64,000 nt of DNA from Patescibacteria group bacterium (GTDB lineage Bacteria > Patescibacteriota > Patescibacteriia > Patescibacteriales > UBA12465). Shown here piece after piece: positions 19,967-30,946 of this stretch (position 1 is its first letter; every line of letters starts with the position of its first letter). Location of the stretch: positions 507,024 through 571,023 of the forward strand of contig JAQUAK010000001.1 in the NCBI GenBank assembly GCA_028687275.1, read 5' to 3'. Both the position numbers and the translations under genes were made by a program. Under the pieces are notes generated by a model that had not been told where the DNA came from, did not search any database, and saw only the letters and a program-made list of their open reading frames with translations.

Positions 19967-21632
19967 TTAAATCACTAGCTTGCTGACGACGATATTTACT
20001 CCAAGCGGCACGACGACTAAATTCACCTTTAGCTATAACTTCCGCCGCCCATGATCCACCCAAAAGATGCGGCAAAATAACATAATCAGCTCCAGCCCCA
20101 TATAATGGTTGTAGATATTTCTTATGATACAAACTAGCAACAATAACCGCCTTAGGATTATGTTGACGAACAAAATTAATCAAAACTAACTGGTCCTCGG
20201 CGGAGGGGATGGTAGAAATAACTGTTTTAGCCTCAGCTAAAGGTAGGGATCTTAAAAATTCAACATCGGAAGCATCGCCAAAAAATGAGCGAATGCCACG
20301 ACGATTAAAACTAGCCACACTATCTGGATTAAAATCTACGGCAGCAAAAGAAACTTTCTTTTTCTTAAGAGCTTCACCAATCTTCCAGCCAGTACGATGA
20401 TAGCCAAAAATAATAGTATTAAAAGACTCTTTAATTTCTTCTTTTTGGACAAAAGTATCCGGTCCAAATAATAAAAAGATGGGCAATAAAAAATTATAAA
20501 TCTTATAGCTATAGGTCATGGCGTAAGAAGAAAAGAAAATAGTAATAATAGCAGCCACGGTGAAGATAGCTAATTCTCTGCCATCTAAATAACCTAAGGC
20601 AGCCACAGCGAAAAGAATAATAAAACCAAATTCACTTAACTGCCCGGCCGTTAAAGCAGACAAAAAGCTATTACGACGAGTGAAACGACGGGCTCTAAAT
20701 AAAACATATAGAATAATAGGCTTAACTATTAGAATAAAGGCAGATAATAATAAAGCCGGAATCAAAACTTGATCCAAATGGCTAAAATCTGCTCCGCTAC
20801 CCAATAGGAGAAAGAAAATAACAATAAAGAAATCACGCAAGGGTTTAATACGACTAGCAATTTCTGCCTGGAATCTAGAGGCACCTAGGCTAAGGCCTGC
20901 AATAACTGCTCCTAATTCTAAAGAAAATCCACTCCATAATAATAATGAGGCCACGCCAAAACACCAAGCAACTGTAAAAATAAATAAAAACTCACCGGAG
21001 GAAGATATTTTATTGAGAAATGATGGCAGAACATATTTAGCCATCACCACTATACCTGCAATAACCGCCAATGCCTTAATAACAAACCATAGAGAATCTC
21101 CTGCAATAACACTATCAGGAGCGGTAAAGCTTAAATACAATAAAATCAAAATAGAAATAATATCTTGAACCAACATTAAACCGATGGTATAGCGACCATA
21201 TACCGCCTCTTCGTCCTGCTTGTCATTCAGAATCTTCAAAACTACGATTGTACTAGAGAAACATGAAGCTAAAGCTAAAAATATCGAACCAGTCCAACTA
21301 AGACCAAAATAATGAGCTAAAGGTAAAAGTAAGGCAAAATTTAAAATAAACTGCGCAGATCCAACTAAAAGCGACTCTTTGCCAATCTTCTTTAAATAAG
21401 AAAAATTTAAATCCAAACCAATAATAAAGAGTAACAAGACTACCCCAAAACTAGCAAAAGCATGATACATTGGTTCATCAGCTGGCAAAATATTAAGTAG
21501 CAATGGCCCCCCAATAATTCCAGCTACAATGTAAGCCACTAATAAAGGTTGCTTAGCTAAGCGTACAAAAAAAGCCACACTCACGGTAATGGCTAAAAGC
21601 GCACTTAGCTGTAAGAAAAGATTAGAATCCAT
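19956..21632 (-). CDS. CPA2-family cation:proton antiporter with C-terminal TrkA-N/RCK domain (KefB-like)
   Basis: 558 aa; ~12 TM Na+/H+ exchanger core plus C-terminal Rossmann RCK (IIFGYHRTGWKIGEALKKKKVSFAAVDFNPD). Confidence 0.8.
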   Translation of the reverse strand: MDSNLFLQLSALLAITVSVAFFVRLAKQPLLVAYIVAGIIGGPLLLNILPADEPMYHAFASFGVVLLLFIIGLDLNFSYLKKIGKESLLVGSAQFILNFALLLPLAHYFGLSWTGSIFLALASCFSSTIVVLKILNDKQDEEAVYGRYTIGLMLVQDIISILILLYLSFTAPDSVIAGDSLWFVIKALAVIAGIVVMAKYVLPSFLNKISSSGEFLFIFTVAWCFGVASLLLWSGFSLELGAVIAGLSLGASRFQAEIASRIKPLRDFFIVIFFLLLGSGADFSHLDQVLIPALLLSAFILIVKPIILYVLFRARRFTRRNSFLSALTAGQLSEFGFIILFAVAALGYLDGRELAIFTVAAIITIFFSSYAMTYSYKIYNFLLPIFLLFGPDTFVQKEEIKESFNTIIFGYHRTGWKIGEALKKKKVSFAAVDFNPDSVASFNRRGIRSFFGDASDVEFLRSLPLAEAKTVISTIPSAEDQLVLINFVRQHNPKAVIVASLYHKKYLQPLYGAGADYVILPHLLGGSWAAEVIAKGEFSRRAAWSKYRRQQASDLNGS

Positions 21633-21760
21633 GTGTATTTATATTAATAATATACAATTGAATTATAGCATAAATAGAGACCAGTTCTCAAATGATTGCA
21701 CAAATACTAAGTATTATGGTAAATTTATATTAGAATAATTAATTTATAAAAATACACTCT

Positions 21761-22822
21761 ATGCTTTTAATTGGCTATAGTTTACTTTTACTAGCTTCTT
21801 TTTATTTACTAGCAGTAGTTTGTGATCGCTACTTCGTACAATCCTTGGATAAGATAGCGGAAAAGCTCAAGATGAATTCGGATATGGCTGGCGCCACTTT
21901 AATGGCAGTCGGCTCAAGTGCCCCAGAATTATTTGTTGCAATCATTGCCTTATTCAAACCTGGGAATGAAGCTCTAGGAGCGGGCACAATTGTTGGATCA
22001 GCCCTATTTAATATTTTAATTATTATTGGCGCATCAGCCATGGTACGTAAAGCCTTTATTGCTTGGCAACCGATCGTACGTGATTTAACCTTCTATACCT
22101 TAAGTATTATTTGGTTAATTGTCTCTTTCTGGGATGGAAAAATAACTTTAATGGAATCCGCCATCTTTTTAATACTATACGTCATTTATGTTGTTGCTGT
22201 CATGAAATGGAAAAAAATATTCCCCTACAAAGATGAAAATAAAGACCCAATTGAAGCAGTCGAAGATGGTTTATATAAAGAAGAAAAAAAGAAAAGTTTA
22301 GTCGCCTTTTTTCTTAATGGCATTAAATACACTTTAGATTTCATCTTCCCTAAAGAAAAACATTACTGGAGCGCTTTCTTTTTATCAATCGTTTTTATCG
22401 CCGCACTAAGCTGGGTCCTAGTAGAAAGTGCTGTTGGCATTGCTCAAATACTTAATATACCAGCAGTTATCATTGGTCTAACTATCCTAGCAGCTGGAAC
22501 CAGCGTCCCTGATTTAATGTCTTCAATCATTGTCGCTCGTCAAGGACGTGGCGGCATGGCTATATCTAATGCCATCGGCTCAAATATTTTTGATATTCTC
22601 ATTGGACTAGGCCTGCCCTGGGCAGTTGTTACTATAGGAGGAAAGATTATCCCCGTAGCCACTGAAAATCTCAATAGTTCTATTATTCTTTTATTCGCTA
22701 CCGTTATTTCGGTCTTATTCTTTCTCATAGCTAAGAAATGGCACATTGGTCGCTTCGCCGGCATTAGTTTAATTAGCCTTTACATTCTATATCTTATTTG
22801 GACAATCTTGCAGGCAATTTAA
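21761..22822 (+). CDS. CaCA-family sodium/calcium exchanger (YrbG-like)
   Basis: 353 aa; two alpha-repeats (MAVGSSAPELFVAI and AAGTSVPDLMSSIIVARQG). Confidence 0.8.
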   Translation: MLLIGYSLLLLASFYLLAVVCDRYFVQSLDKIAEKLKMNSDMAGATLMAVGSSAPELFVAIIALFKPGNEALGAGTIVGSALFNILIIIGASAMVRKAFIAWQPIVRDLTFYTLSIIWLIVSFWDGKITLMESAIFLILYVIYVVAVMKWKKIFPYKDENKDPIEAVEDGLYKEEKKKSLVAFFLNGIKYTLDFIFPKEKHYWSAFFLSIVFIAALSWVLVESAVGIAQILNIPAVIIGLTILAAGTSVPDLMSSIIVARQGRGGMAISNAIGSNIFDILIGLGLPWAVVTIGGKIIPVATENLNSSIILLFATVISVLFFLIAKKWHIGRFAGISLISLYILYLIWTILQAI

Positions 22823-22848
22823 AAAAATAAAAAATAGCTTTAATAAAA

Positions 22849-22873
22849 AGGCGGTCATTAGACCGCTTTTTTG
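22849..22873 (+). terminator. Rho-independent terminator of the CaCA gene
   Basis: GGCGGTCATTAGACCGCTTTTTTG: 6-bp GC stem, 4-nt loop, T-run. Confidence 0.6.
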
Positions 22874-22988
22874 TTAATTACAATCACCTCAAACAAAAAA
22901 CTCCCTTTCTATATAAAGATAAGGAGTTTTTGTTCTAAGGCGAAAGCACTTATGCCTTCGCCCAGAATTTATATATTAATTTATACTT

Positions 22989-23477
22989 TTATTTAAGATT
23001 GGCCGAACCTTTAAGTCCACGGTGTAAACCACGACCCATGCCATGTCCAGCGCCTTCACCAAAACCTCTATCAATACCTAAGGCTGCAAATTTATCCTGA
23101 GCTTGAGTTATTAATTGATGAGCTTCAACAAATTGAGAAAAATTATTAGCATTAACTTGAGTTAAAATTCTAGCATCAGCGCCCATCTGAGATGTAGTTG
23201 TTTGTACCCAAGTATCATAATTTCCGCTATTTAAAGCCATCTGCATGGCAGCCTGATGCTCTTCTCTGGTAGCATCCATTTCTGATCGACGAGCCTCCAT
23301 ATCAATTTTCTGTTCATCAGTTAAATTAACTCTCTGCTCAGAATTACCCCCTCTAAACATAGTGCCTAGCGCGGTTGCATCCTCTGTCTGAGCATAAGCA
23401 TTAAAAGCAAAACCAGCAGCGAGAGCAATAATAGTTAGACTCAAAACACTAGTAGTAATAATATTTTTCTTTTTCAT
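22989..23477 (-). CDS. Secreted LTXXQ-motif protein (Spy/CpxP/ZraP-like periplasmic chaperone family) with Gly/His-rich tail
   Basis: 162 aa; signal peptide (MKKKNIITTSVLSLTIIALAAGFAFNAYA), LTDEQKIDMEARR (LTXXQ motif), C-terminal GFGEGAGHGMGRGLHRG metal-binding-like tail. Confidence 0.45.
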   Translation of the reverse strand: MKKKNIITTSVLSLTIIALAAGFAFNAYAQTEDATALGTMFRGGNSEQRVNLTDEQKIDMEARRSEMDATREEHQAAMQMALNSGNYDTWVQTTTSQMGADARILTQVNANNFSQFVEAHQLITQAQDKFAALGIDRGFGEGAGHGMGRGLHRGLKGSANLK

Positions 23478-23652
23478 ATACTTTTTATTTATTTAAAAGA
23501 TGCTTAGCAACTTTTAGATAAATTATTTATTTATTAAATTAATAGATAGTTATTTTAGCGTCGCTAATTAGTACTACGCCCCAATAATATTTTTCTTCCA
23601 TAAACAAAAAGACCTCTAAGAAAAGGTCTACCTTCATTATTAATACTTAGTG

Positions 23653-24879
23653 TTATTCTGCTCTTAGAGCTGTTACCGGGTCGAGACGAGAAGCCTGTTT
23701 AGCTGGGCGGTAACCAAAAATAAAACCACAAAGTAGAGAAAATAATAGTGACAATAAAATACCCTGCCAAGGTAGGCTAAATTGCCAATTAAAATTAAAA
23801 GCTTGGGCCACTTTACTTAAGATATAGGCAACCAAAATTCCTGAAATAGTGCCTAAAATCCACCCCCAAAAAGTAATAAGAAGAGACTCAATTAAAAATT
23901 GCCAAGCAACATCTCGAGCGGTTGCCCCCATTGCCTTGCGCAAACCAATTTCTGGCGTTCTTTCTGTTACCGTTACATACATAATATTCATAATGCCCAC
24001 ACCGCCAACAAGTAAAGAAATAAGAACAATAGCGAGGAGTAAATAAGTTACTGCACCAGTAACTGTATTGAGGGTGGCTAACATCTCAGACATTGTAGAT
24101 ACACGAAAATCATCTTTCTCGGGATCAGTAATATCATGGCGGTCACGCATTAATGAGCTAACTTCGGCGGCTGTTTCTTCAGCCTGATCTACGTTAGCAA
24201 TTTGATGCATAAAATACATAGCGTAGTCAATCCCTAAAATACGCTTATGCAAAGTTTGAATGGGCATGTAGGCTATATTATCAAAATCTAGAAAACTAGC
24301 GCCACCACCCTGCTCTTCAAGTACGCCAATGACTTGAAATTTTTTAGTGCCAATTTTGATAAAATTACCAAGTGCTTTTTGATCTCCAAACAAAGTATCT
24401 CTAAGAGTCGCCCCTAAAACAACAACCATCGCTTGACCCCGATCATCATCTTTACTAAAATATATTCCCTCTGCCAACTTAGTCTTACTGTCAATTTGAG
24501 CATAAGGAGCGCTAGTGCCAAAAATAAAAACTTTTGTGCTCTCAGCTCCATAACTAATTTTCTGCTGACCTAAGGAGACGGCGTAACTATCAACTATGTT
24601 ATCCAGTTGATTAATAGCCTCCATATCAGTTAGCTTCAAAGTAGTAACCTCGGCCCCACCAGAGCTATTTTTTCCTGGAGCTTTGCTCTCTGTTTGTAAA
24701 ACATTAGTACCGTAAGCTTCAACTTCTCCAGAGACTAAATTACTAATCCCATCGCCAGCCGCAAATACAATAATAATAGCAGCTACTCCAATGACAACAC
24801 CAAGTACAGTTAAACTAGTCCGAACTAAGTTTAAGCGTAAAGAATTCCAGGCTAATTTAAAAGCGATAATTATTTGCAT
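23653..24879 (-). CDS. ABC transporter permease, FtsX/MacB-like
   Basis: 408 aa; N-terminal TM, large extracytoplasmic MacB_PCD-like domain, C-terminal FtsX 3-TM bundle. Confidence 0.85.
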   Translation of the reverse strand: MQIIIAFKLAWNSLRLNLVRTSLTVLGVVIGVAAIIIVFAAGDGISNLVSGEVEAYGTNVLQTESKAPGKNSSGGAEVTTLKLTDMEAINQLDNIVDSYAVSLGQQKISYGAESTKVFIFGTSAPYAQIDSKTKLAEGIYFSKDDDRGQAMVVVLGATLRDTLFGDQKALGNFIKIGTKKFQVIGVLEEQGGGASFLDFDNIAYMPIQTLHKRILGIDYAMYFMHQIANVDQAEETAAEVSSLMRDRHDITDPEKDDFRVSTMSEMLATLNTVTGAVTYLLLAIVLISLLVGGVGIMNIMYVTVTERTPEIGLRKAMGATARDVAWQFLIESLLITFWGWILGTISGILVAYILSKVAQAFNFNWQFSLPWQGILLSLLFSLLCGFIFGYRPAKQASRLDPVTALRAE

Positions 24880-24882
24880 ATT

Positions 24883-26130
24883 TTATTCATAACGAAGCGC
24901 ATCAATTGGGCTTAATCGACTAGCACGTTTAGCGGGATAGTAACCGAAAATAACCCCGATAAAAGTAGAAAGGCCAATGGCGATAATAATTGAAAAAGCT
25001 GAAACAACAAAATCCCAACGATAACCTAAAGAACGAACAATTAAGGCAACCAGATAGGCAAGCGCCACCCCACTAATTAAACCAATGATACCGCCAATTA
25101 AAGTCAAAGCAATCGCCTCAAATAAAAATTGACTAAGCACCTGAGAATTAGTGGCCCCCAAAGCTTTACGTAAACCAATTTCACGCGTACGTTCGGTGAC
25201 ACTAACTAACATAATATTCATAATACCAATGCCACCAACCAGTAATGACAAAGCAGCCATGGCCGCTAAAAAATAACGCAAAGCATCAGTAATGCTGGTC
25301 ACTAAATTTAAAGCGTCACGAAAACTCCTAACTGAAAAATCATCTTCGGAAGGGTCATCAATATCGTGACGCTCACGTAAGGTTTGATTAACCATTTCTA
25401 TGCTTTCATCAACATTATCAGCAGAATCAATCTTGATACGAATAGAGCTTAAATAATTTACGCCCGCGATTTCCTTCTGCACAAAAAGTAATGGCGCAAA
25501 AATTACATTATCATAATTTTGGAAGCCAACTTGCCCTCTTTCTTTCATCACCCCAATAACAGTTGCCGTTTGATTATTAACTTTAACTTTTTGTCCGACA
25601 GGGTCATTGAAAGAAAATAATTCACTTGCAACCGTACTACCTAAAACGACTAAACGTAAATTAGCAGAAATTTCATCAGCGCCAAAAAAACGACCACTCG
25701 ACACCTCGCCACCATTAACCAATAGGTAATCACCAGCCACTCCTTGTAAAGTGCCATCATAGCTCTGATCACGCCAATATAGAGAAACACTAGTTTGATA
25801 AGCAGATGTTACCGCCACTACATGAGACACATTTTTTTCATCTTTAAAAGCTTCCGCGTCACCACTTTTCAGGGTAGTGACTTTAACGCCAAAAACTGAA
25901 GCTGGTGGACCATTAGCATCTGATTGTCCCGGCAAGACGCCTATCAAATCTCCACCGAAACCTTCTAACTGCCCTAAAATTAAAGACTGTGCACCAGCGC
26001 CTAAAGAAATAATTAACACCACTGCCCCTACACCAATAATGATGCCAAGCATAGTTAAAAAACTCCGGGTCTTATTACTAAACAAGGCCCGGGATACTAA
26101 CATAAACAATTGTCGTATATTTTCCCACAT
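24883..26130 (-). CDS. ABC transporter permease, FtsX/MacB-like (second copy)
   Basis: 415 aa; same architecture as the neighbouring permease. Confidence 0.85.
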   Translation of the reverse strand: MWENIRQLFMLVSRALFSNKTRSFLTMLGIIIGVGAVVLIISLGAGAQSLILGQLEGFGGDLIGVLPGQSDANGPPASVFGVKVTTLKSGDAEAFKDEKNVSHVVAVTSAYQTSVSLYWRDQSYDGTLQGVAGDYLLVNGGEVSSGRFFGADEISANLRLVVLGSTVASELFSFNDPVGQKVKVNNQTATVIGVMKERGQVGFQNYDNVIFAPLLFVQKEIAGVNYLSSIRIKIDSADNVDESIEMVNQTLRERHDIDDPSEDDFSVRSFRDALNLVTSITDALRYFLAAMAALSLLVGGIGIMNIMLVSVTERTREIGLRKALGATNSQVLSQFLFEAIALTLIGGIIGLISGVALAYLVALIVRSLGYRWDFVVSAFSIIIAIGLSTFIGVIFGYYPAKRASRLSPIDALRYE

Positions 26131-26133
26131 AGA

Positions 26134-26865
26134 TTATTTCAATGACTCCCCTTCTTTTGCCCATCTTTGATTTTTCACTGGCTGGTCGCTAACTATTTGG
26201 CCATCATGCATTTGAATAATACGTTGAGCATGTTCGGCCGTAAAAGTTTCATGTGTTACTAAAATAATAGTTTTGCCTTGTCGATTAAGTTCTTGTAGAA
26301 TTTGCATAACCTGAACACCTGATTTTGAATCCAAATTACCAGTTGGCTCATCAGCAAAAATAACCGCAGGCTCATTAACTAAAGCCCGAGCAATAGCCAC
26401 GCGCTGTTTTTCTCCACCAGAAATTTGATTAGTAAAATAATCAAGACGATGCCCTAAGCCTACACTCTTTAAAACTTTTGTTGCCCGCTCATCCATCTTC
26501 TTTTTATCCTTAGAATAAATTAAGGGTAATTTAACATTATCCAAAACACTAGTTCTAGCTAAAAGATTAAATGATTGAAAAACAAAACCAATTTCGCGAT
26601 TACGCAAATGAGCCAGATCTTCATCATCAAGGGTATTAATATTTTTATTGGCAAAATGATAGTTACCGCTCGTTGGTCGCTCAAGTAAACCAAGAATATG
26701 CATTAAAGTTGATTTCCCAGAGCCAGATGGGCCCATAATCGAAACAAATTCTCCTTTAGAAATAGTAAAACTTAGATCTTTTAAGACTTCCGTTACTAAA
26801 TCACCACTGATATAAGTTTTAATAATATTATCAAATTGAATCAAAGGCTTAACCATAGTTAACAA
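26134..26865 (-). CDS. ABC transporter ATP-binding protein (MacB/LolD-type)
   Basis: 243 aa; Walker [11 protein letters not shown], signature [14 protein letters not shown], Walker [12 protein letters not shown]. Confidence 0.9.
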   Translation of the reverse strand: MLTMVKPLIQFDNIIKTYISGDLVTEVLKDLSFTISKGEFVSIMGPSGSGKSTLMHILGLLERPTSGNYHFANKNINTLDDEDLAHLRNREIGFVFQSFNLLARTSVLDNVKLPLIYSKDKKKMDERATKVLKSVGLGHRLDYFTNQISGGEKQRVAIARALVNEPAVIFADEPTGNLDSKSGVQVMQILQELNRQGKTIILVTHETFTAEHAQRIIQMHDGQIVSDQPVKNQRWAKEGESLK

Positions 26866-26867
26866 AG

Positions 26868-28790
26868 TTAATTCTTAATAAAGGTAATCACCTTATCACC
26901 AGGCTGAATACCACTTATAACCTCAATCATACCTTCATCCCCTCTTAGCCCAGTTTCAACTGGAATTTCCTGTGCCACTCCATTAACTAATAACTTAATT
27001 GTTTTTTTGCCATCACTATCAATTAAGGCGCGAGCTGGGACTTGCAAAACATCGGCACGCTTATCGGTGGTAATAATAATATTAGCAGTCATCCCCGCCT
27101 TTAAGTTGAAACCACGGTCCTCAATCATTTTCATAGTGCTATTTAAATCACTAAAATCAACTTTAACTTTATAATAAACAACATCCTGAATCAAAGTTTG
27201 GGCAGGTTCAATGAAGCTAACCATTCCCTTTAAAATAAAGTCATCTGGGAAAGCATCGAAAGTTATATCAGCCGGATTTCCAATTTTTATCTTACTAATA
27301 TTAGATTCAGCAATATCAACTTCAACATTAAAACTATTATTTACTAAAACTGTAACCATGGCTTTACCACCGGCACCGAACTGTTCACCAATTTCATAAT
27401 TAACAGCCGTCACCACGCCTTCCAGAGGTGAAGTTAAAATAGTGTCATTTATCTGTTGCTCGAGGCCAGCAATACTGGCTTGAGCCTGACTAACCTGGGC
27501 CTGAGCCAAGGCAACATCTTGTGAACGAGCAGGAGCAGTAGTGCTACTTAACTGAGCAGAAGCCAAAGCAACGCCCTGTTCAGCGCTATCTACTCGAGAT
27601 TGAGCGCTAGCTATTTGTTGCCCACCACTAGCTTTTAAACTACTAACACTATTACTAGCGGCTAAAATAGCATTACTCAAACCTACCTGAGCCTGTCTAA
27701 CATTTTCCTGAGCGCTGGCAATCGCGGTATCATTACTAATTACCGCGTTGCGTAAAGACTGCAAACCATTTTCTACCGCCGAACTCGCTAAGTTTATTTG
27801 TGAAGACTGTCCGCTAATTAAATTTTTATAAGCATCCAAATTGGCTTGTGAAAAACTAGAGCTAGTAATAGTAGCCTCGAGCATAGCGTAAGCATAATCT
27901 AGGGAAGCATCAGTTTGCGCAAGCAAAGATTGAACGCTCTGACCAGACGTCTCAATCATAACTTGGCTAGAATTACTATTAATGCCAGCTACAGCAGCTC
28001 GTGCACTAACAATCAAGTTGAGAGCAGCCGTATGAGCAGCAGTAGTAGATTGCAGCAAAGAACTATTTTTAACACTAAGCACTGGTTCAGCCTTATCATC
28101 ATTTAAGATGGTATTAATATTATCCAGAGCGATCTGAGCAGTCAAAATCTTATCATTTAAAGTTAACAATGCTGAACTACGAGCATTAGCAATATTTTTA
28201 GAGCCCGTTTTAATAGCATTATCTAGAGCTATTTGAGCACTACTAATCGCTTGTTCCTGAGGAGTGACACTGTTAGTAGAGTTAGACTGTAAGTCAGCTA
28301 AAGTTTTTTCAGCCTGACGAATATTTTCAGCTACTGTTTGTTTAGTTTTCTCTAAGTCAACTTTAGCAGAATCAAGGCTAGATTGAGCTTGATTTAAACT
28401 AGTCCGACTAATGGAAATTGATTGCGAGCTAGCTCCCGCCAAAGTTTTAGAAAGATTAGCTTGCGCAATTTGTAAGCCAGCCCCGAGTTCAGCTTTACGA
28501 GATTGTAGACTGTTATCATCTAAGGAGGCTAACACTGCTCCAGCTTCAATTTTGTCACCAACCTTAACTTCAACACTCTTAATTCGCCCTGAAGATAAAA
28601 AATTTAAAGCCACCTCTTTAACAGGCTTTAAAGTGCCGGTCTCACTAACCGTCTGCACTAAAGGCCCGGACTCGACTGTGACTGTAGAATAAGTTGGCGC
28701 GGAGCCTTTACGCCCCTGCCACCACCAAATAAGAGCTCCTATTAAAATTATGGCCCCAATTATCAAATACAAACGTTTTGTTTTTTTCAT
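26868..28790 (-). CDS. HlyD/MacA-family periplasmic adaptor (membrane fusion protein) with ~350-aa extended coiled coil
   Basis: 640 aa; N-terminal TM, biotinyl-lipoyl-like beta domain, very long Ala/Gln/Ser-rich coiled coil, C-terminal beta-barrel (ILTSPLEGVVTAVNYEIGE). Confidence 0.8.
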   Translation of the reverse strand: MKKTKRLYLIIGAIILIGALIWWWQGRKGSAPTYSTVTVESGPLVQTVSETGTLKPVKEVALNFLSSGRIKSVEVKVGDKIEAGAVLASLDDNSLQSRKAELGAGLQIAQANLSKTLAGASSQSISISRTSLNQAQSSLDSAKVDLEKTKQTVAENIRQAEKTLADLQSNSTNSVTPQEQAISSAQIALDNAIKTGSKNIANARSSALLTLNDKILTAQIALDNINTILNDDKAEPVLSVKNSSLLQSTTAAHTAALNLIVSARAAVAGINSNSSQVMIETSGQSVQSLLAQTDASLDYAYAMLEATITSSSFSQANLDAYKNLISGQSSQINLASSAVENGLQSLRNAVISNDTAIASAQENVRQAQVGLSNAILAASNSVSSLKASGGQQIASAQSRVDSAEQGVALASAQLSSTTAPARSQDVALAQAQVSQAQASIAGLEQQINDTILTSPLEGVVTAVNYEIGEQFGAGGKAMVTVLVNNSFNVEVDIAESNISKIKIGNPADITFDAFPDDFILKGMVSFIEPAQTLIQDVVYYKVKVDFSDLNSTMKMIEDRGFNLKAGMTANIIITTDKRADVLQVPARALIDSDGKKTIKLLVNGVAQEIPVETGLRGDEGMIEVISGIQPGDKVITFIKN

Positions 28791-28922
28791 ATAATAAATT
28801 TACTAAAAAAATAATAGAATATCCTTTAATATTCAACAATATTATAGCAGATATAAACCTGTATTGGAAGTTAAAATAGGCCTTGGGTACTAATGCCAAC
28901 CCAGGACCATTAATTAGCTTTT

Positions 28923-29465
28923 TTATTTAAAATTACGCAAATATTGACGCTTTTTTTTAAAATCAGGAATCCGCTGGGCCACTAAAGCCCAAAAGTCAGC
29001 ACTATGATTTAGCTCTTTTAAATGGCAGAGCTCATGAACAATTAAATAATCCTGCAGTTCAGGGGGTAGAAATACTAAACGATAATTAAAATTTAAGCCA
29101 CCACTTTTTGAGCAGCTTCCCCAGCGTGTTTTTTGATCGCGAATACTAAGACGCTTATAAGGAAAAGAATAAAATTGATTAAAATAAATTAAACGTTCAG
29201 TAGCAATAACACGAGCCCTTTCTTTATAACGAAGATAGTCACTTCTAGTCCCCTTACCTAAGACCGAGACTGGCATTGATTGTATTTTTTTTAGTTGATT
29301 ATGCAACCACTCCCTTTTTTCTAAAACAAAACTTTGGGCAAATTTTTCCGAAACCCAAAAAGGACGCGTCACTAAAACGCGTCCATCGACCGATAAACTC
29401 AAACGTACATGTCGCGAACGGCGAACGCGACGATGCTCTATTTTCAATATAGGAATAATTTCCAT
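28923..29465 (-). CDS. DUF45/YgjP-family zinc metallohydrolase (M48-like)
   Basis: 180 aa; HExxH-type motif VHELCHLKELNHS within the WLM/YgjP fold. Confidence 0.7.
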   Translation of the reverse strand: MEIIPILKIEHRRVRRSRHVRLSLSVDGRVLVTRPFWVSEKFAQSFVLEKREWLHNQLKKIQSMPVSVLGKGTRSDYLRYKERARVIATERLIYFNQFYSFPYKRLSIRDQKTRWGSCSKSGGLNFNYRLVFLPPELQDYLIVHELCHLKELNHSADFWALVAQRIPDFKKKRQYLRNFK

Positions 29466-29468
29466 AAT

Positions 29469-29981
29469 TTAAAATACTATATTTTCAGCGACCTTTTTAA
29501 TTAAATTAACGCTTCCCTGCGTACCTAATTGATTATAAAATTTTAAGTAATTTAACTTATCAATATCTACCCAAGTCGCTAAAGAGATATAATCTTTTTC
29601 ATCTTCATCGATATAATCCAGTGAGAGCTCGCCACCAATTTGTTTAACTATAAAATATAATAACTGACAATTCCAGTATTCATCTTTAATATGACCATTC
29701 CGATTGCTCGGTTTATAAAAAGAAGAATGCGCTTCCACAATTTTACCCATCTCAACCTTTAGTCCAGTTTCCTCCCAAAACTCCCTCTGCAAAGCCTCAG
29801 ATAAACTCTCGTCCATATTAACACCACCACCAGGAAAATCATAACCATCGTGCTGAGGGGATAATAGAATCTTGCCATCCTTAATGAGAAGGCCGTAGAC
29901 AGAAGGACGAAAACGAAATTTATCTACCTCTACCAAAAATTCATTCTTTCGATTGTCATGACAATTTACTTCTATTTTCAT
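29469..29981 (-). CDS. NUDIX hydrolase
   Basis: 170 aa; Nudix box GGGVNMDESLSEALQREFWEETGL. Confidence 0.8.
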   Translation of the reverse strand: MKIEVNCHDNRKNEFLVEVDKFRFRPSVYGLLIKDGKILLSPQHDGYDFPGGGVNMDESLSEALQREFWEETGLKVEMGKIVEAHSSFYKPSNRNGHIKDEYWNCQLLYFIVKQIGGELSLDYIDEDEKDYISLATWVDIDKLNYLKFYNQLGTQGSVNLIKKVAENIVF

Positions 29982-29990
29982 AAAAATAAA

Positions 29991-30854
29991 CTACTTAATT
30001 TTTTTTAACCAATTTTTAATTATTTTTTTCATCATTTTTTCTTTCTCGGAAAAACTATGGTCAGTTTCGGAAATGATATATGCAACTATCTTCCTTTTAT
30101 CACTATGGTGTCGCAAAAGCCAATCAACAATATCTTGAGCAGGCCTATCAGCATACTGATCAGATTCAGCGTAAAGAGCTAAGACGGGCACCTTCACTCT
30201 AGCTAGAGTTTTCGATTTGTTCCCAGATGAGTAATTAAAAACCTCTTCAACGCTATCGGGAGTATATAAACTAATAAATCTCTGAGCATCGATAAGTCTT
30301 GGCCAAGAAGATTCTGACAAGAGGGAGTGAGGCTTTCCAGCCCCTATTAAAGCTCTAGCATTTTTTAAAGCTCGCTGATATTTTCTAAGGTTGATCATAT
30401 TTATATCAGCATAATCACTGATTGGAGCTAACAAAATAGACCCCTTTATTAAAGGTTGGTTCTTCTTAGATAAATAATAAATAATTTTCTGACAACCAGT
30501 AGAATGGCCGACTAAAATTACACGCTTAGGCTTAAAACTTTTAGCATAATTAATAGCGCCCTCAATATCATCTAGGCAATCAGTGAAAACTTCATGGGCC
30601 ACTCCGGCTAAGAGATAATCTTTTTGACGATTATCTTTTTTAAAATAATTAATTGTGCCTGAGCCACGATTGTTAAAAGTTAAAACCGCATCTTTAGCAG
30701 TCGCTAAAGAACTCATTAGCTCAGAGCGCGAGAAAATACTACCGCCTAAACCATGTAGAAAAATATATAAATTCTCAGGTTTTTGACTACCCAGCCAAAG
30801 ACCTTTTAAACTAACCCTTTTTGGAGTTAAAAAGGAAACAAAAGAAAATTTCAT
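29991..30854 (-). CDS. Alpha/beta-fold hydrolase
   Basis: 287 aa; oxyanion HG (IFLHGLGGS), nucleophile elbow GHSTG, C-terminal His. Confidence 0.7.
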   Translation of the reverse strand: MKFSFVSFLTPKRVSLKGLWLGSQKPENLYIFLHGLGGSIFSRSELMSSLATAKDAVLTFNNRGSGTINYFKKDNRQKDYLLAGVAHEVFTDCLDDIEGAINYAKSFKPKRVILVGHSTGCQKIIYYLSKKNQPLIKGSILLAPISDYADINMINLRKYQRALKNARALIGAGKPHSLLSESSWPRLIDAQRFISLYTPDSVEEVFNYSSGNKSKTLARVKVPVLALYAESDQYADRPAQDIVDWLLRHHSDKRKIVAYIISETDHSFSEKEKMMKKIIKNWLKKIK

Positions 30855-30946
30855 AAAAATATCATTATTTCTATATATTATAGAGCAATATTAGAATACG
30901 AGCAAAACTAAATAAAAAACACCCCCAGAAAATGGGGGTGAATTTT

